Source of the DNA: Octopus sinensis
Taxonomy: Eukaryota
Reading direction: 5' to 3'
Length of the DNA: 64,000 bases
Assembly (NCBI RefSeq): GCF_006345805.1
Contig: NC_042999.1
Coordinates: 141,112,001-141,176,000, forward strand
Positions 38,144 to 52,454 of the stretch are shown in pieces; positions within the stretch are counted from its first letter, which is position 1, and each line of letters opens with the position of its first letter. The translations under genes were made by a program, and so were the position numbers. The notes below the pieces were generated by a model. It was not told where the DNA came from. It was given only the letters and a program-made list of their open reading frames with translations, and searched no databases.

Positions 38144-38791
38144 TTGAAGTCTCCTTCTGTGTCTCCTGATTGATTAACTTTTAAATATATAGATGGCCTC
38201 AAACCTTAGGTATTCAGTGAATAATGAAATGAGATGTGCCAAGCAGTAATTATAATAAAATGCACTTAATCATTGTTTCATTAACCCAACCCTCAAAATA
38301 ACCTGAATTTTACAGTTGTGCAAAATGAAAACCAGGAACTAATGAACCTTCTGGCAAACTAAGAGAAAAGAAATACTGTGCAGAATGATTATGAGATAGG
38401 GGATAAGTGCATCTAACTGAAAAATAGTAGATAGTTAGTGAAAAACACATCAACAACAGGAGCACTATCCAGAGGATGCAAGAGATTTTGAGGTTCATCT
38501 AAGATTGGACATAGTCATGGGCCATTTGGAAAGATCCTGTTTGTTGGTGGTGTTTGAACTCAGAATATTGTTAAAAGAAACAAAATGATTCACGGCATTC
38601 AATCTGACACGCCATCATTTTTACCAATTCACTGCCCTCACTAATGAAATCAAATATTGACAATCCATGCGGAATGTTGGGAAATCAATTCTTGAAGTGT
38701 AAGTAAAGAGAAAACAGAAGCAGTTAATGAATTCCAAAGTAATGTAAAAGCATTCAATGGTGTTTATCAATTTTATTATTATTATTATTAT

Positions 38792-38821
<30 letters not shown>

Positions 38822-38832
<11 letters not shown>

Positions 38833-40046
38833 TTTTCTTTTATTTGCCACAGAGGCATCAAATGAGGAGAACATTACAAGGACAATTAACAATTTCTGTG
38901 CAGGCTTACATAAAAAGATGAGGAGGAAGAGATGCGTTAAAAAGCATTCAAAGTATACAAAATCTGTAAACACATGGATGATGAGTTCTCTTAATACAGG
39001 AGAGCTTCCAACTAGGGTCAATCAAGGAACCCCACAAATCCAGGACTGCCTTGACCACCAAAGGCACAAACCCTCACCCATCTGTCATTCCCTAATCTAC
39101 AGGTGCATGCTTTGAGTTGTTCCATTAACCCTGACAATTTTTGCCACAGTCACTCACCTTTTGAGAAATTCACTCGGGGTAGTAACCATAGTGGTCCCAT
39201 GCCTGAAAGTCCTCTGAAACTAGTTCATTCTCTTATAGTTTCCCTGAGAATTTCATTGCTCTTACCCACTACCAGTTATTGCTAAACTAAATCTACATAG
39301 CCTCAGTACATCAATCTACATAGCCTCTGCATCAACAGCCACAGCATACCAAGTTTACTGACAACAGATGTCTTATCTGATCATGGAATGCATTCCTTTC
39401 ATAGGAAGTAGAAATGTAGATATCCCAATCTGCTCAAATGGAGGCTGGGACAAGACAGTGAGTTATGATGGAAGTAAAGTAGGCATTCACCACCTCTGTT
39501 TAACTTTTTAGGGATAGCTTCCTTTCAGCCTATTTCTGAGTGAGAATAGCCACTGTGCTCATAACCTCATCCCAGTTCCTTTCTACCTGAGGTCTGGACT
39601 AAATCAGACCCTGAGTAGTTTAAGCAGTACAGCTGTTTAGCAAAATTTGATGCTGTTCTATAATATAGACTTGCTCTTCCTGGTGCCAAGCTGTTAAGCC
39701 TACCAACTTGTCCAGATTTATCTTTGGTTCTGCTATTATCTCATACTCTTTTAGAATGGGGACAACTACTTCCACTTCTGTAGGATTGTCATTATGCTGA
39801 TATCATCTGCACATGCTGTTACAGCTCTTCTATATCCTAATTCAAAAGGAATGCCCTTTAAGAATTCTAGCTTCCACAGCAAGGGCTCATGGATCAGCAC
39901 TTATGAAAGAGATAAGAGAAGACACCTCTGACAGACAGAGAGCATGATGTGAAAAAGTTTGAGAAGTAGCCATTCACTTTATCCACCAAGCAAGTGCAAC
40001 TGTGCATTATTGCAATCCAGTTTCTGAAAACATTTTATGATTATTC
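38822..40046 (-). mobile_element. 5'-truncated L1/Tx1-clade LINE, decayed ORF2 3' half with internal deletion
   Basis: Minus-strand translation across stops and shifts: CQRCLLLSLS*VLIHEPLLWKLEFLKGIPFELGYRRAVTACADDISI (QGCPLS...EPL...YADD), then EYEIIAEPKINLDKLVGL, RPQVERNWDEV and AERKLSLKS*TEVVNAY. The 3' end has AATAAA followed by a (TAC)n(TAA)n tail. Confidence 0.85.
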
Positions 40047-40089
40047 TACCAAAAGACCTCTTTCAGTAATAATAACAATAATAATAATG

Positions 40090-41190
40090 ATAATCCTTTC
40101 TGCTAAAGGCATAAAGCCTGAAATTTTAGAGGAGGTGTTAAATCGATTATGTCAACTACAGTACTCAACTGGTTCTTATTTTATCAACCCTGAAAGGATG
40201 AAAGGCAAAGTTGACATCAGCAGAATTTAAACTCAGAACATAAGGACAAGCAAAATGGTTTCAAATTTTTCCACAAGGGCAGCCATTTTGGGGAAGGGAA
40301 TGAGTCAGTTACATCAATCCCAAAAGGATGAAACACAATATCAACCTCAGTGGAATTTGAACTCAGAATGTAGTGATGGGTGAAATACCGCTAACAATTC
40401 TGCCAGCTCACTGCCTTAATAATAATAATCCTTTCTATTATAGGCACAAGGCCTGACATTTGCAGGGAGGTGGGGTAAATCGATTACATCAAACCCAGGG
40501 CATGACTTGTATTTATTTAATCGACCCCGAAAGGATGAAAGGTAAAGTCGACTTTGAATTCAGAGCATAGTGATGGGTGAAATTCCACTAAACATTTCAT
40601 CCAGTATGCTAACGATTCTGCCAGCTTGCCACCTTAGTAATAATAATAATAATAATGATAGGGTAACTATTCTCACTCAGAATTAATTAAGAAAGAATTA
40701 GATAGTTAAAAAGAACCGTAGGCTGCAGGCAGCAAGCCTGCTACACATGCAAGACTCCAGAAGTTACAACAAACATCATCAATAAAAAGAATGAATAATA
40801 ATAATAATCCTTTCTACTATGGACACAAGGCCAGAAATTTGGGGGGAGGAGTATAGTCAATTACTTTGACCCCAGTGCTCAACTGGTACTTATTTCATTG
40901 ATCCCAAAAGGATGAAAAGGCAAAGTTGATGTCAGTGGCATTTGAACTCAGAACATAAAGACAGATGAAATGCCCCTAAGCATTTGTCCTGTGTGCTAAG
41001 GGTTTTGCCAGTTTGCCACCTTAATAATAATAATCCTTTTTATTTTGGCATAAGACCTGCAACTTTGAGGGATGGGAAAGTCAATTATATTGACCCCCAA
41101 AAGGATGAAAAGCAAAGTTAACCTCAATGGAATTTGAACTTAGGGTGTAAAGGACAAACTGCCACTAAGCATTTTGCCTGATATGTTAAC
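40090..41190 (-). mobile_element. Head-to-tail array of five family A SINEs
   Basis: Copies at ~40090-40260, 40260-40417, 40425-40636, 40805-41021 and 41030-41190, mostly separated by (AAT)n. Confidence 0.85.
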
Positions 41191-43254
41191 AGTTACACCA
41201 GTTACATAATTGGTTACAAGGGATGCTACATCATCATCATCATTACAAAATATACAAATGGAGTTGCAAAATGTGTAGGGGTGTACATATATGTATAATA
41301 TATAAATAGGTAATGGGACAAAAAAATGTAATGTAGAATATATTAATACAGGTAAAATATTTAGTATACAAAACAACCTACCCACAAAGAGATGAGAAAC
41401 TGCCACCTAGGTAGGATCAGGGTGCTACTCCAACTACCTTCCAAACATATGTCCTCTTTTATACCTCTCTTTCTGATTCTGTGTCTCTGTCTTTCTCTCC
41501 TTTTCCTTCTCCCATTTAATGTTGGTGATGGACTTTTTGATAGTCTTTTCGTACTCTCTATTTATTCTCTCTCTCTTCCCCCATCTTGTCTATCATTTTG
41601 TCACTTTTTTGTTCATTCTTCCTTATCCCAATAACATTTTCTTTATGTCTGTCTTCTGTTGCTGCCCCCCCTCTCTCTCTCCCCTCGTTCATTCATATGC
41701 AGTTGAGGTATCCATTCATTTGAATACTGTCTCATTCTTTTGCAATAACAACATAGAAACAGAGTTGTCAGGACAAATAACTGTACATCTATGTTAGATT
41801 TTTGTTCAGAATTTTTCCGAGGGAGGCAAATGTTTCGAGAAAAATATCAGAAAAACAAATTCTTCTTTTTGCATGAAATACCTCTTTGCTGCTTGTCTAA
41901 CTACTATGTACATTTTATTTTTTACCTTATTTTTGTGTTATTGATTTCCTAGTAATTTCTAAGGCATCATTGATTGTACTATGGCTTCAATTGATATATA
42001 TATATAATGACCTTTATTAGATTATATATGTATTTTGTTGCTGTTGTTATAACAGTAGTAGTGATGGTGGTGGTGGTCGTGGTGGGGTGGGTGGAAGGTT
42101 TGACCTTGTTGCTGTTGTTAATATTGTTCTTCAGAGTTTCAAGCAGAAGCTGCATAGTTTGGAATGATTTTTGTGCATGTTGCAATGTATGAATATGCAA
42201 CATATCTATAAAGTGTTTAGTATATGAATCTTGAAGTATACATATAAATTGCATTATACACATACATATGCACAGTACACATACACACACACATGCACAC
42301 ACATGGATAAAATCTCCCAGACAAAATTATATCCATGTGCACATAATTATGCAGATATACACATACATGTACACATTCAAGCATGCTCATATCAATGCAA
42401 GCACATACACAGAGAAATGTACATACATGCACATGCGGAACTATTTGGCTCAACATGTTAAGCTAAACTAAAAGGAATACATATCTTTCCCCAATTCACG
42501 GTTGAGTGATTGGTGAGAGAATTGGCATTCAAGTAGAAAACACATGCACCAACAATTCATAAAAATTTTTAATCATGATTAAAACATATATATGTATATC
42601 TAAAATTCGTGTGTTTATGTGTGTGTGTGTATCTGTGTGTGTGTGTGAATGTTTGTTTTTATGTAAATTTATATGTAAAAAACAGCTGAACATTAAATTA
42701 AATGATCACTCAGTAGATTTTTGTAGAGTTCCATCATTATCATCATCATCATCATCATAATTTTAATGTCTACTTTTTCCTGCTTGCAAGAATCAGAAGA
42801 GAGTGTGTTGAAGCAGAGTTTCAATGGCCAGATGCCCTTCCTACCACCAACTCTTCTTATTTCCAAGCTGGTTTAATAATCTCCTAGTCAAATCCATATA
42901 CTTACATACCCGTACATGTGCATATATACACACACATACATATAAAGAAACATACATGTGTGTGTGTGTGTATGAAAATCCATTCATGCACACACACATG
43001 TATACACACACATATATACAAACATTTACCTACCTACTACACCTATCCACATGTACATTCCTACAGTGAGGATTTTTAGAAGTACACAAGCAGGCATCTA
43101 CTTTTGTGCACACTCCAGTTTAAATGTATTTGCGTACATATATATTTATGTCTTTATATGTGTATATATATGTGTATGGATCTTTATACACACACGTACT
43201 TATGTATGTTTCTTTGAGTGAGTGTGTTTGTGTGTGTTTATATTTACAATATAT

Positions 43255-44200
43255 CAATAGTAAATCGAAGACTTTTCTGGTTCTAATTAGAGAACTTTTG
43301 TACGCAGACAATATTGACTTTGTAGCACATACAAAATATGTGCAGGTCAATGTGGACAGATTTTCTGCTTCATGCAATGTCTTTGGTCTAACTATAAGTT
43401 TAAAATATGCCAAAGCAATGTCCATGCTGGCACCTGGTGAATATGGAGCCTAATATCTATATGAGAAACACAAGATTATGTGTGGTGGATACATTTCCAT
43501 AATTGGGAAGTACTCTATCTAGAGATTGCAACCTGGATTCTGAAATTATTTGAAGATCAAAAAGCAAGTTTTGCACTTGGCAAACTTAAGGAAAAGTTAT
43601 GGCTAGATAGAGATATTACAATCTGAGGAAATGACTACAACATAAACTGAAGTAATGATACAAGGAATGTTAACTTAGTGAAATTGAAAATAGATGTTCA
43701 GTTCTGAGAAGAGAAAGTGACTGATAGGTAGGAAAGTATTGCTAGCTTGAACCAAAAGACAGCATGCATTAGCTTTGAGCTAACCAAACAGCGGCATGCA
43801 CATTTAAAATGTACTTTGAGAAAGGGAGGAATCACACATGCACCAAATGAGATTAAAAATTGGAAATGCAGTCTTTGTGACCAACATATCCTGTCAAAAG
43901 CTGACTACATGAGCCACATGAAATCGCACAATAATTTGTGAAATCAAGTTGCATTTAACAATAATTCTCCACCTTTTTTATGATAGTATGTATAGTAAGC
44001 AGAAAATCTGTTAGAGCTACTATGGTTTGAAATGGCACATGAATGTAAGATTACTATACTATAAGCTCCATAAACCCTGCAGAAGTTTTGAATCCTATAT
44101 GTTACATAGGTTTCAAGCCTTGCAGGTCAACTGCTTCTCTTAAAGTTCATCTCAGAGCACACCAGCAAAATGGAGATTATTGGGATGATGTAGATTAATC
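43255..44200 (+). mobile_element. Second RTE lineage (BovB-like RT) LINE remnant with two C-terminal C2H2-type fingers
   Basis: LIRELLYADNIDFVAH...VDRFSASCNVFGLTISLK...LGSTLSRDCNLDSEI; WKCSLCDQHILSKADYMSHMKSH (in ORF 43747..43941); ICYIGFKPCRSTASLKVHLRAH (~44097-44162). Confidence 0.85.
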
Positions 44201-44931
44201 AGAGATGGCTATCATCTGTCTAAATGAAGCAATCATAATGTATGGGTATGTGTGTTTATGAATGCTTACACATATATATATATATCAGAAGCATATGTAT
44301 ACAAATGTATGTGTGTGTATTTATATATGATTATCTCTATGAAAATAAGCATCATTTGCATGCATTTATTTGGATGTGCAGTTATAAATATACTTATCTG
44401 CATATCTATAGATGGCCTTGATCAAGTACTTTCTAATATAGCTTCATATTGATCAATGCCTTAATATTCTCCAATGCCTTATGTATTGAAATTTAGTTGA
44501 CAGAAATGTGGAATCCAGTCAGTCTCCATACATGGGTGTGTGTGTGTCTGTCTGTCTGTTTGTCTCTATGTGTCTGAGTCCATATCTCTGTTTATACCAC
44601 TTAAAAACTGTTGTGGTAGTTTATGAACCTTAATACAATGGTTCAACAAATACAAATTGATAAAATATACCAGACTGCAATAAGTACCGAAGTTGTTATG
44701 ATTGAGTGGACCTTAAGCTGGTATCCCAACATGGTTGTAGTCCAATGGCTGAAACCATACATACAAACAAGTAATATTATATATAGACTGTAATGTATCA
44801 TATTTTTTCCTCTCTGTTACACACACATACGCATGTGTGTGTGTGTGTGTGTGTTTATATGTATGCATAGATACTCATATGAGCATGTCTATTTTAAATT
44901 ACATCATAGTCATTTCATAAATACATATACA

Positions 44932-44966
<35 letters not shown>

Positions 44967-47346
44967 ATACTTTCATAGAAACATGTGAGCTAGGTTTGTG
45001 ATTGATGGCTTGTCATATGAGATGTTAAAGAAACACATGTAATTGTGCTTAAGAGAGCTGGTGTGAAAGCTAGCTAATTTCAGTTTAGTTTCACACACTA
45101 TGATATACTCATCACCAATAAGCAGTTCGCTGCAACTTATTTGGTTACCAGTTCTGAATAATATCGACTGATTCAATTTATAATTATTTATTTTCATTGT
45201 TTCTTCTTTGGTCTATTGCAAATGGTGTGATTCTATGTGGCATATATAGTAGCAAAGTAGACTGGTGGAAATGCTATTGAATTACCATCTCAAATGGTTT
45301 GAGTTCAACTCTGCTGAAGTTGCTTCATGTATATTTGAATGGTGCCCTTAATTGACCATAGTTATTCATGGCTTAGTCAGAAGCAAAAGGGCAACACCCA
45401 TAACCCTTGTTATGACTTGAGGGAGGAAGAAAGTTATTCTCAGACCAGAAACCTGGCACAAATTCTTGCAACAGATTGGTTCTACTTGAAGCACCCAAGG
45501 GTCAATGGTGGTGTTAAACTGGGTGGTGGATTAAGTCTGTTACTGAAGAACATAAATAGTTTCTTTGATGGTCTTCCACACAATGCAAATTTCATTCTCA
45601 GTGCTTAAGTCTACCTGAAGCTATGGTAAAATTAAGTTGCACAAGGTGCCATGCAGTGAGAATGAACTTGAAACAAGTTGCTAAGCAAAGTTCTTAACCT
45701 CACAGCCATGCCTGCTTTAGTTTGCCTAAATTCAGAAATTTATCTGTTATTTAATTTACACAAAGAATCTAGAACTAAGCACTAGCGTATAAATGCCCAC
45801 CATGACTTACCAAAACCTTACAGCATCACACTTTTGAAACAGAATCTGTGACTGCAGAGAATCTCTAGTAACTGGAGAAGAATAAAAAGTTAAAGGTAAT
45901 CTATAGAATGTACAAATGGTGATTTACTAATAAAGCAGAGTTCAAGGGAGTCAAAAAACAAAAAGTTTTTATTTATTAATGTATTGACTCTTACAAATAC
46001 AGAACAACACTACTCCATTGTTCTCTTTTAGCCAATGAAGGAGCATTTTTGCTGTCACCTGACATGCTAGAATTAGCAACCAAATCTTATTCAAAATACA
46101 TCCTACTGTTTTATAAAAGGAAGGATATACTGGTTAATGTAGTTCTAAATATATCTGAAAAAAGATATGTTCAAACAGACTAGATGACTTCACAATTGCT
46201 TCTCAAATTGTTGGATATAAATTCAATGACTAATAAATGAGTTTTGAAATTAAATGAATTTCAAATGTTGGCAAATGTATGCTGAAAATATGACAGTTGA
46301 TTAGAAACTATTTGAACTCTGATGTAATTGACCACTTTTCATGTTTGAACTTAAAGAAATTGCCTTGATCCAATCTTGCTTTACTAACCACAATCTTTAA
46401 AATTTTTCAAAATATTTTGTGCAATATTAATTAACATTCTGTTTCTAAGTTAATAGCAATAATGACTCCTTTTAATTAGACATGGCGCCAAGTTTTTCAA
46501 GAGGTTGTTGACTAAATTAAAATTAATCTCAGTATAATTTGAACTCAGAACATAGAGGGATAAAACTAAATAATGTAAAGAATATGTCTGGTTCTCTAGC
46601 ATTTCTGATAAATTGTTACTCTTAAAATGAATTATTAATAGGGTAATAAGGATTAGCATCTTCTTGGTTGTTACACCACATTTTATTGTCTAATAGTATA
46701 GTGGATAAGTGTGTTGAAGCTTGCAAGTTTAAAAAAGTTCTACCCTTGTACAAAGATATATATATATATATTTATATATATATTAATATATATATTTATA
46801 TACATACACACACACACACATTGTTATATACTGTGCCTCCACCACCACCACCACCACCAATCCACTGTATTTTGAAATGCTCAAGCATCCCACTACCACT
46901 TCTGTCTTTTCTCCAGCTTTCCAACTACTCAGCTTCATATCTCTATTACAAGCCACCTGGGCTTGTTCTTCCATCACACTTTGGCCTCTCAACACCTGGC
47001 ACAGAACCATTGCCCTTCCCTCTCTTAAATATTCTCTCAAATACCCATACAGTCAAGGAGGCTTTTCTTTCTTTCACTACCTCACCCCCTGTTTTTCTCC
47101 TTTTTTCCTGTTCCCTTCTTTTCTTGCCTTGTAAGTTACTTGGCAACCTCACTAGTGAAAAAAGCACCAAATACACTCTGTAGAGTTGGTTGGCATTTGG
47201 AAGGGCATTCAGCCATAGAGACCATGCCAAAGCTGACATTGAGACTTGACACAGACTTACAGCCTGTTGAATCCAATCAAACTGTCCAACCCATACCAGC
47301 ATGGAAAGCAGATTTTAAATGATGATTTTATATTTTGGAAGAATCA

Positions 47347-47781
47347 TAATTGATAAAGCCTATAAACACATTCATTTGTTGTTTGTCTAAATTTCACTTC
47401 TTTTCATTTTTCCAAAGCAGTTGATGTTTGTTTATGTCCCCCAAAATATTTTTCACTACACTGATCTGTATCCTTCTCAACAGATGTTCATCTTTTTCTT
47501 TTTTAAGTGCTTGGCATTCAATTGGTTTTATTACATCTCTATAATAAGCATATGAACTATAGATATGTAACAGCATAAAAATCAGTGAAATCTAAAGCAA
47601 AAAATAAAGTAAGAATTTAAAATGAGAAAAGTACACCCATTGAGAAAGCTACAGATTGGTGTAGGGAAAATATTTGGGGTGACACAAAACGAACATCAAC
47701 TGCTTTGGAAAAAGAAAATAAAAGAACAAGTGAAATAAAGACAAACAACAACTAGTAAGAGTTTATAGGCTTTATTAATTA
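47347..47781. mobile_element. Fold-back MITE (~435 bp) with ~150-bp imperfect inverted arms
   Basis: The left arm aattgataaagcctataaac...tttttccaaagcagttgatgtt...ctgtatccttctcaa matches the reverse complement of ~47634-47781. TA is present at both ends. Confidence 0.75.
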
Positions 47782-47949
47782 CGAGCAAAACGTCTCCCCA
47801 CTCCCATCCAATAGATGGTGCTGAGTTGTCAAACATTTAAACCAAATTTTCTCAGAACAACTTGTCCAACCGTCCCATAGGCCTCCCCTTTGAGAAACAC
47901 TGATTTAACCTAAATTTGAGACACCAGCAACAGAAGAAATAAAGATAGA

Positions 47950-48241
47950 CTTTTTCTATTCCAAAGAAAAGCTATTTTATTCACACAAATATGCATCCAA
48001 AGAGTTTAAAGTACCAGTATGTACATCGCAACAGCTGATGTACTTGCACGTACAAATACACATTCCCACGGCTTTATTGATCACATTCTCACCTGGAATC
48101 GATTTTTGTAATTTTTTCAAGACTTATACATGCCCTGATACCGTCAGTATCTACATATCAAATTTGAGCACAATCGGATGGAGGATGCTAGAGATCCTAG
48201 AAGACACACACACACACACAGAATGGATTTTATATAATAGA
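47950..48241 (-). mobile_element. Non-autonomous Helitron-like element, 5' portion (3' end not located)
   Basis: The minus strand begins A|TCTATTATATAAAATCC, then (GT)n and ...CCGATTGTGCTCAAATTTGATATG. This is the same 5' architecture as 33449-33831 but a different sequence. The lower boundary is uncertain. Confidence 0.55.
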
Positions 48242-48363
48242 TGACTCTTCCCAAATGTAACAGTATTAGTTTCAATACATAGTTTCAGATCAAAATTCTT
48301 GCAAATTAAATAATTTAATCTCTCTCTCTCCTCCTCTCTCTCTCCTCCTCTCTCTCTCCTCCT

Positions 48364-48406
<43 letters not shown>

Positions 48407-48950
48407 TGATATATATATATGAAAAATGGTGCAGCATAATAATGTTCATTGTTCATTTCAAAAACACTCCAATTGAAATAATATAAGGTATAAAGGTAAA
48501 TAAACAAGAGAGATGACGAAAGCTGCTCTGAAAAATAAGTTTCATTCACAGTTGGAGGTAATATCAGAAGAATAGGTATTGGATTAAAGTGATCGTTGAT
48601 CAAAGGCCTAGCAAAAAGTAATGACAAATGGATTAATAAATTGTTGTCCAAATGAAAGTAGGGGATAGGGAAATGCTTTATGCATGTGATATTACGAACG
48701 GATGTTGCAGCTAACATCATTACATTCTGTATATTGCTAGTCTATTGTAGCCTTAACTGCCTCTAAGTTACATCATGTCGTAGGATTACTGTGAGAAGTT
48801 GCTTTGATTTGAAAGATCAAAAAATGATGATCAGCTGCTCAAGCACCTTGAAGAAAGAAATTTAATGGTTACCAGAACTAATTATTGCATGAATGGGATT
48901 ATATTTGTAGCTGTTCTTATTTTAAAATCTCTTTGTAACAGTTTATAATG

Positions 48951-49320
48951 AGGATCAGTTGTGTGGTAAGTAGCTTGCTTACCAAACACATAGTCCCAGG
49001 TTCAGTCTCACTGCGTGACACCTTGGGTGTCTTCTACTATAGCCTCGGGCTGACCAAAACCTTGAGTGGATTTGGTAGATGGAAACTGAAAATGAAAAGA
49101 AGCCCATCGTATGCGTGTGTGTGTATGTTTGCCCCCCCCCCACACCATCACTTGACAACTGATGTTGGTGTGTTTACATCCCTGTAACTTAGCGTTTCAG
49201 CAAAAGAGACCAATAGAATAAGTACTAGGCTTACAAAGAATAAGTCCTAGAATCAATTTGTTTGACTAAAGGTAGTGCTCCAGCGTGGCCGCAGTCAAAT
49301 GACTGAAACAAATAAATAAA
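48951..49320 (+). mobile_element. tRNA-derived SINE family B
   Basis: Collinear with the other family B copies. Confidence 0.85.
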
Positions 49321-50143
49321 TATTGTTGATCACCTCTGCTTAAACAGAACACTGGATAGAAAATATCTGATAAAATTTTTGGGGTCAGTCTATAGGTTTT
49401 GCATTCCAGGTGTGCCAAATTTCTTTCTATTCTGGAACTGTATTGTGTGCACTGCATTGTAGTATAGTAGTCCTATAAAAGTACAGAGTAGCATATCGTA
49501 TTTATATGGTTATCGAGTCTGTCACTATATCTGTATAATCGACGACTCTGATGTTAGCTACATCAGAGACAGATGAAGTGAATTTGGTTGGCACTTGAGA
49601 GTCTTTCCTTAGGACTCACTTGAGATTCTTGGCAGACAAGTATTGAATTAGGATCTAATAAATGCCAAGGCAAGAATACTGATTGAATAATGTTGCTCAT
49701 AACCATCATCATCATTGTGTTGAATATGATTTATGAAGATGATGATGCTGATGTTGAAATATTTCTCCTATAAAGTGAAATTATCTCTTATTACTTTATT
49801 TGATTTAGGGGGTTGCTGAGTGTAATACTTGTGTAAAAATCAATCTTCAGCAAGAAATTTGCGCTTGCAATATGGCAATAGCTGATGTCAGTGGTTTTAT
49901 TTATCATACTTAGAATGTCTGAGGAAACAGAAATACTTACTAAAAGCATTAATTACTAAAGCTAATGGTTTTTGTTCTTTTTTTATTATTACCATAAATG
50001 GATTTATCATTGTTTGCCTTATTATTCTCTGAATACTACATAATTTCAACAGTAATTAAATAATTAATACTTCATTTAGGTTGGTAGGAAGTTGGCTAAA
50101 TTGATTCTAATATATTACTAGTACTTATTATCAACCTATAAAT

Positions 50144-50409
50144 CAGCAGTTCCCATATAGAGTGCCATGAGATATAGGAGCTAGGTGCACCATGAAATAA
50201 TGAAATTATATTTTTAAAATGTGAAAAATACAAACTAAAATTCAAAATATAAGGTTTTGATATGTGTTTCACTTATTGAATAATAAAGTGAGTACTTAAT
50301 AATTTTATATAATTTAAATTACTTATATTTAATTTTATACACAAAGTATACTAAAATATTTTTATTTGCTCTAAAGTGTGCCACTAGTAAAAACAGTTTT
50401 GAATCATTG
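50144..50409. mobile_element. Possible degenerate hAT-type MITE
   Basis: Ends CAGCAGTTCCCATA ... CAGTTTTGAATCATTG resemble CAGTGGTTCCCAAAC / GTTTGRGAACCACTG termini. The interior is AT-rich. Confidence 0.35.
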
Positions 50410-50508
50410 CCCTCCAAGGATAAAAGGTATAATTTCTATGTCAGAACAGGAAAATGTTAAACTAAATAGTATAAGTCATCTCTAGCTTCATCCACCTTTG
50501 CCATTTAC

Positions 50509-50592
50509 CACAACAATAATGATCTATACCATTGACACAGGGCAAGGAACACACAACAATAATGGTCTATACCATTGACACAGGGCAAGGAA
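50509..50592 (+). repeat. Tandem duplication, 43-bp period
   Basis: cacaacaataatg(a/g)tctataccattgacacagggcaaggaa at 50509 and 50552 (41 bp, 1 mismatch). Confidence 0.95.
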
Positions 50593-51158
50593 TTTGGGAG
50601 AAAGCATAAAGTTGGCCTCCAGTTTTTGACTGCAACATATTTTATGAACTCTGGCATATTTTTGATTGAGAACATTAGAAGATGCTAAATGTCTTCAATA
50701 ATGAGAATAATGATTTTAACCATAGGCACAAAACCTCATATTTTAATGCGAGGGGTATACTCCAGTATATCAATACCAGAACTTTATTAGTATTTTATTT
50801 TTGTTAAACTTGAAAAGAGGAAAGAACAATAATAGTGAGTTTCTTTTTGAATAGACTACACTTTAGTTGAGATAGAAAAAATAAATAATAAAGATAATGA
50901 TGATAATGATTCTGATTAGACACAAAGCTATTCTTTTCTTTTTCAGATAGAAAGAGAGAAGGCAAAAGAGAGTGGGAAGGTGGGAGAGAAATAAACAGCA
51001 TAATCGATTGAATCTGTTCCAATATAGTAGTGGCATTTGCTATCAACCCCTGGAGAGATGAAATGCAAAATCAAACCTGGTGGGATTTAAACTTACAATC
51101 GAGAAAGATAAAATATTGCCAGACATGTAGTCTATTGTTCTATCATTTCTGTTAACTT

Positions 51159-51197
<39 letters not shown>

Positions 51198-51899
51198 ATT
51201 TTTAATTTTGGCACAAGGCCACCAATTTTGAGGGCAGGGTTTAGTTATTGTCATTGACACCCAGTACTTGACTGATATTTTATTTTATTAATCCTGAAAG
51301 GATGTAAAGCAAAGATGATTTTGATGGGATTCAAAATAATACATAAAGAACCAGAAGAAAAGCTGCAAAGGCATTTTGTCTGTCACTTTAATGATTCTGA
51401 AAATGGAGTTAATTGTGGTATATAATAAGCATTTGTGTATATATGTACACACACACACACACACACACACAAACATGCATATCTATATACACCCACATAC
51501 TCTGTGAGTCCAACAAAATTCAGTTTTAATAAAACATGCTCACATTCACTAAGATGGTGGTTTCACTAAGTTCCTCTGCTTGGGTAACCCCAGAACCTGT
51601 GTGTATGTGAGCCTGTGCACACACTGTATGCCTTTTCTTATTTATTTCTCTCTTCATACTTCCCATATATCTCTATATCGTTATACCTCCCTTTTCCTCC
51701 AACCAACCTTTGTTATCTTATCCCTCTCTCTCTTTCTCTCCCTCTTTCTTTCTCTCCTACTTATTCTGATTCTACCTCCTCATCTCATCTGTTGTCCCAC
51801 ACTCACCTATATTCGCACTCTCATACCTCAATCTCTCTCCACAAATTCCTCCTTCTCCCATCTCACCTAAATACTACTTACAGTGTTCTAAAGGTGTGA

Positions 51900-52256
51900 A
51901 CACGTGGTTCTCGGTTCAGTCTCACTGCATGGCACCTTGGGCAAGTGTCTTCTACTATAGCCCCAGGCCGACTAAAGCCTTGTGAGTGAATTTGGTAGAC
52001 AGAAACTTTCACATATGTATATGTATATGTGTATGTTTGTGTGTATGTGTTTGTCTCCCCACCATTGCTTGATAACTGATGCTGGTGTATTTATGTCCCC
52101 ATAATTTAGCAGTTTGGCAAAAACAAACTTATAGAATAAATACTGGGCCCACAAAGAATAAGTCCTGGGGGTAATTTTTTTTTACTAAAACCCTTTAAGG
52201 CTGTGCTCTAGCTTGGCTGCAGTCAAATGAGTGAAACAAATAAAAGAATAAAAGAA
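51900..52256 (+). mobile_element. tRNA-derived SINE family B
   Basis: Collinear with the other family B copies. Confidence 0.85.
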
Positions 52257-52454
52257 TATATACACATACATGCATATATACCACAGCATTTTTTATCATG
52301 AACATAATTTCAACCTAAACTTAATGTGGAACCCAAATCACAACTCTGGGGTAATCAACAAACATTAGCCCAAGACCCATCTGACATTTATTAGTTATTC
52401 ATTTTGTGCTTACATCCTATCCAGAAAACATTGTTACACTTTGTGATAACAATC

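Noticed and set aside
49547-49569. Near-perfect palindrome ctctgatgt-tagct-acatcagag containing CTGATG
   Set aside because: There is no following GAAA box or snoRNA C/D partner. It is an isolated 9-bp stem, within chance expectation.
49613-49639. 27-nt candidate exon DSLEILGRQ
   Set aside because: An equally good overlapping model exists on the minus strand, so it is indistinguishable from chance.
25807-50592. Short direct repeats (61-bp and 43-bp periods) and SINE arrays as CRISPR-like arrays
   Set aside because: They have only two units with no unique spacers, or are full SINE copies. The context is eukaryotic with no cas genes.
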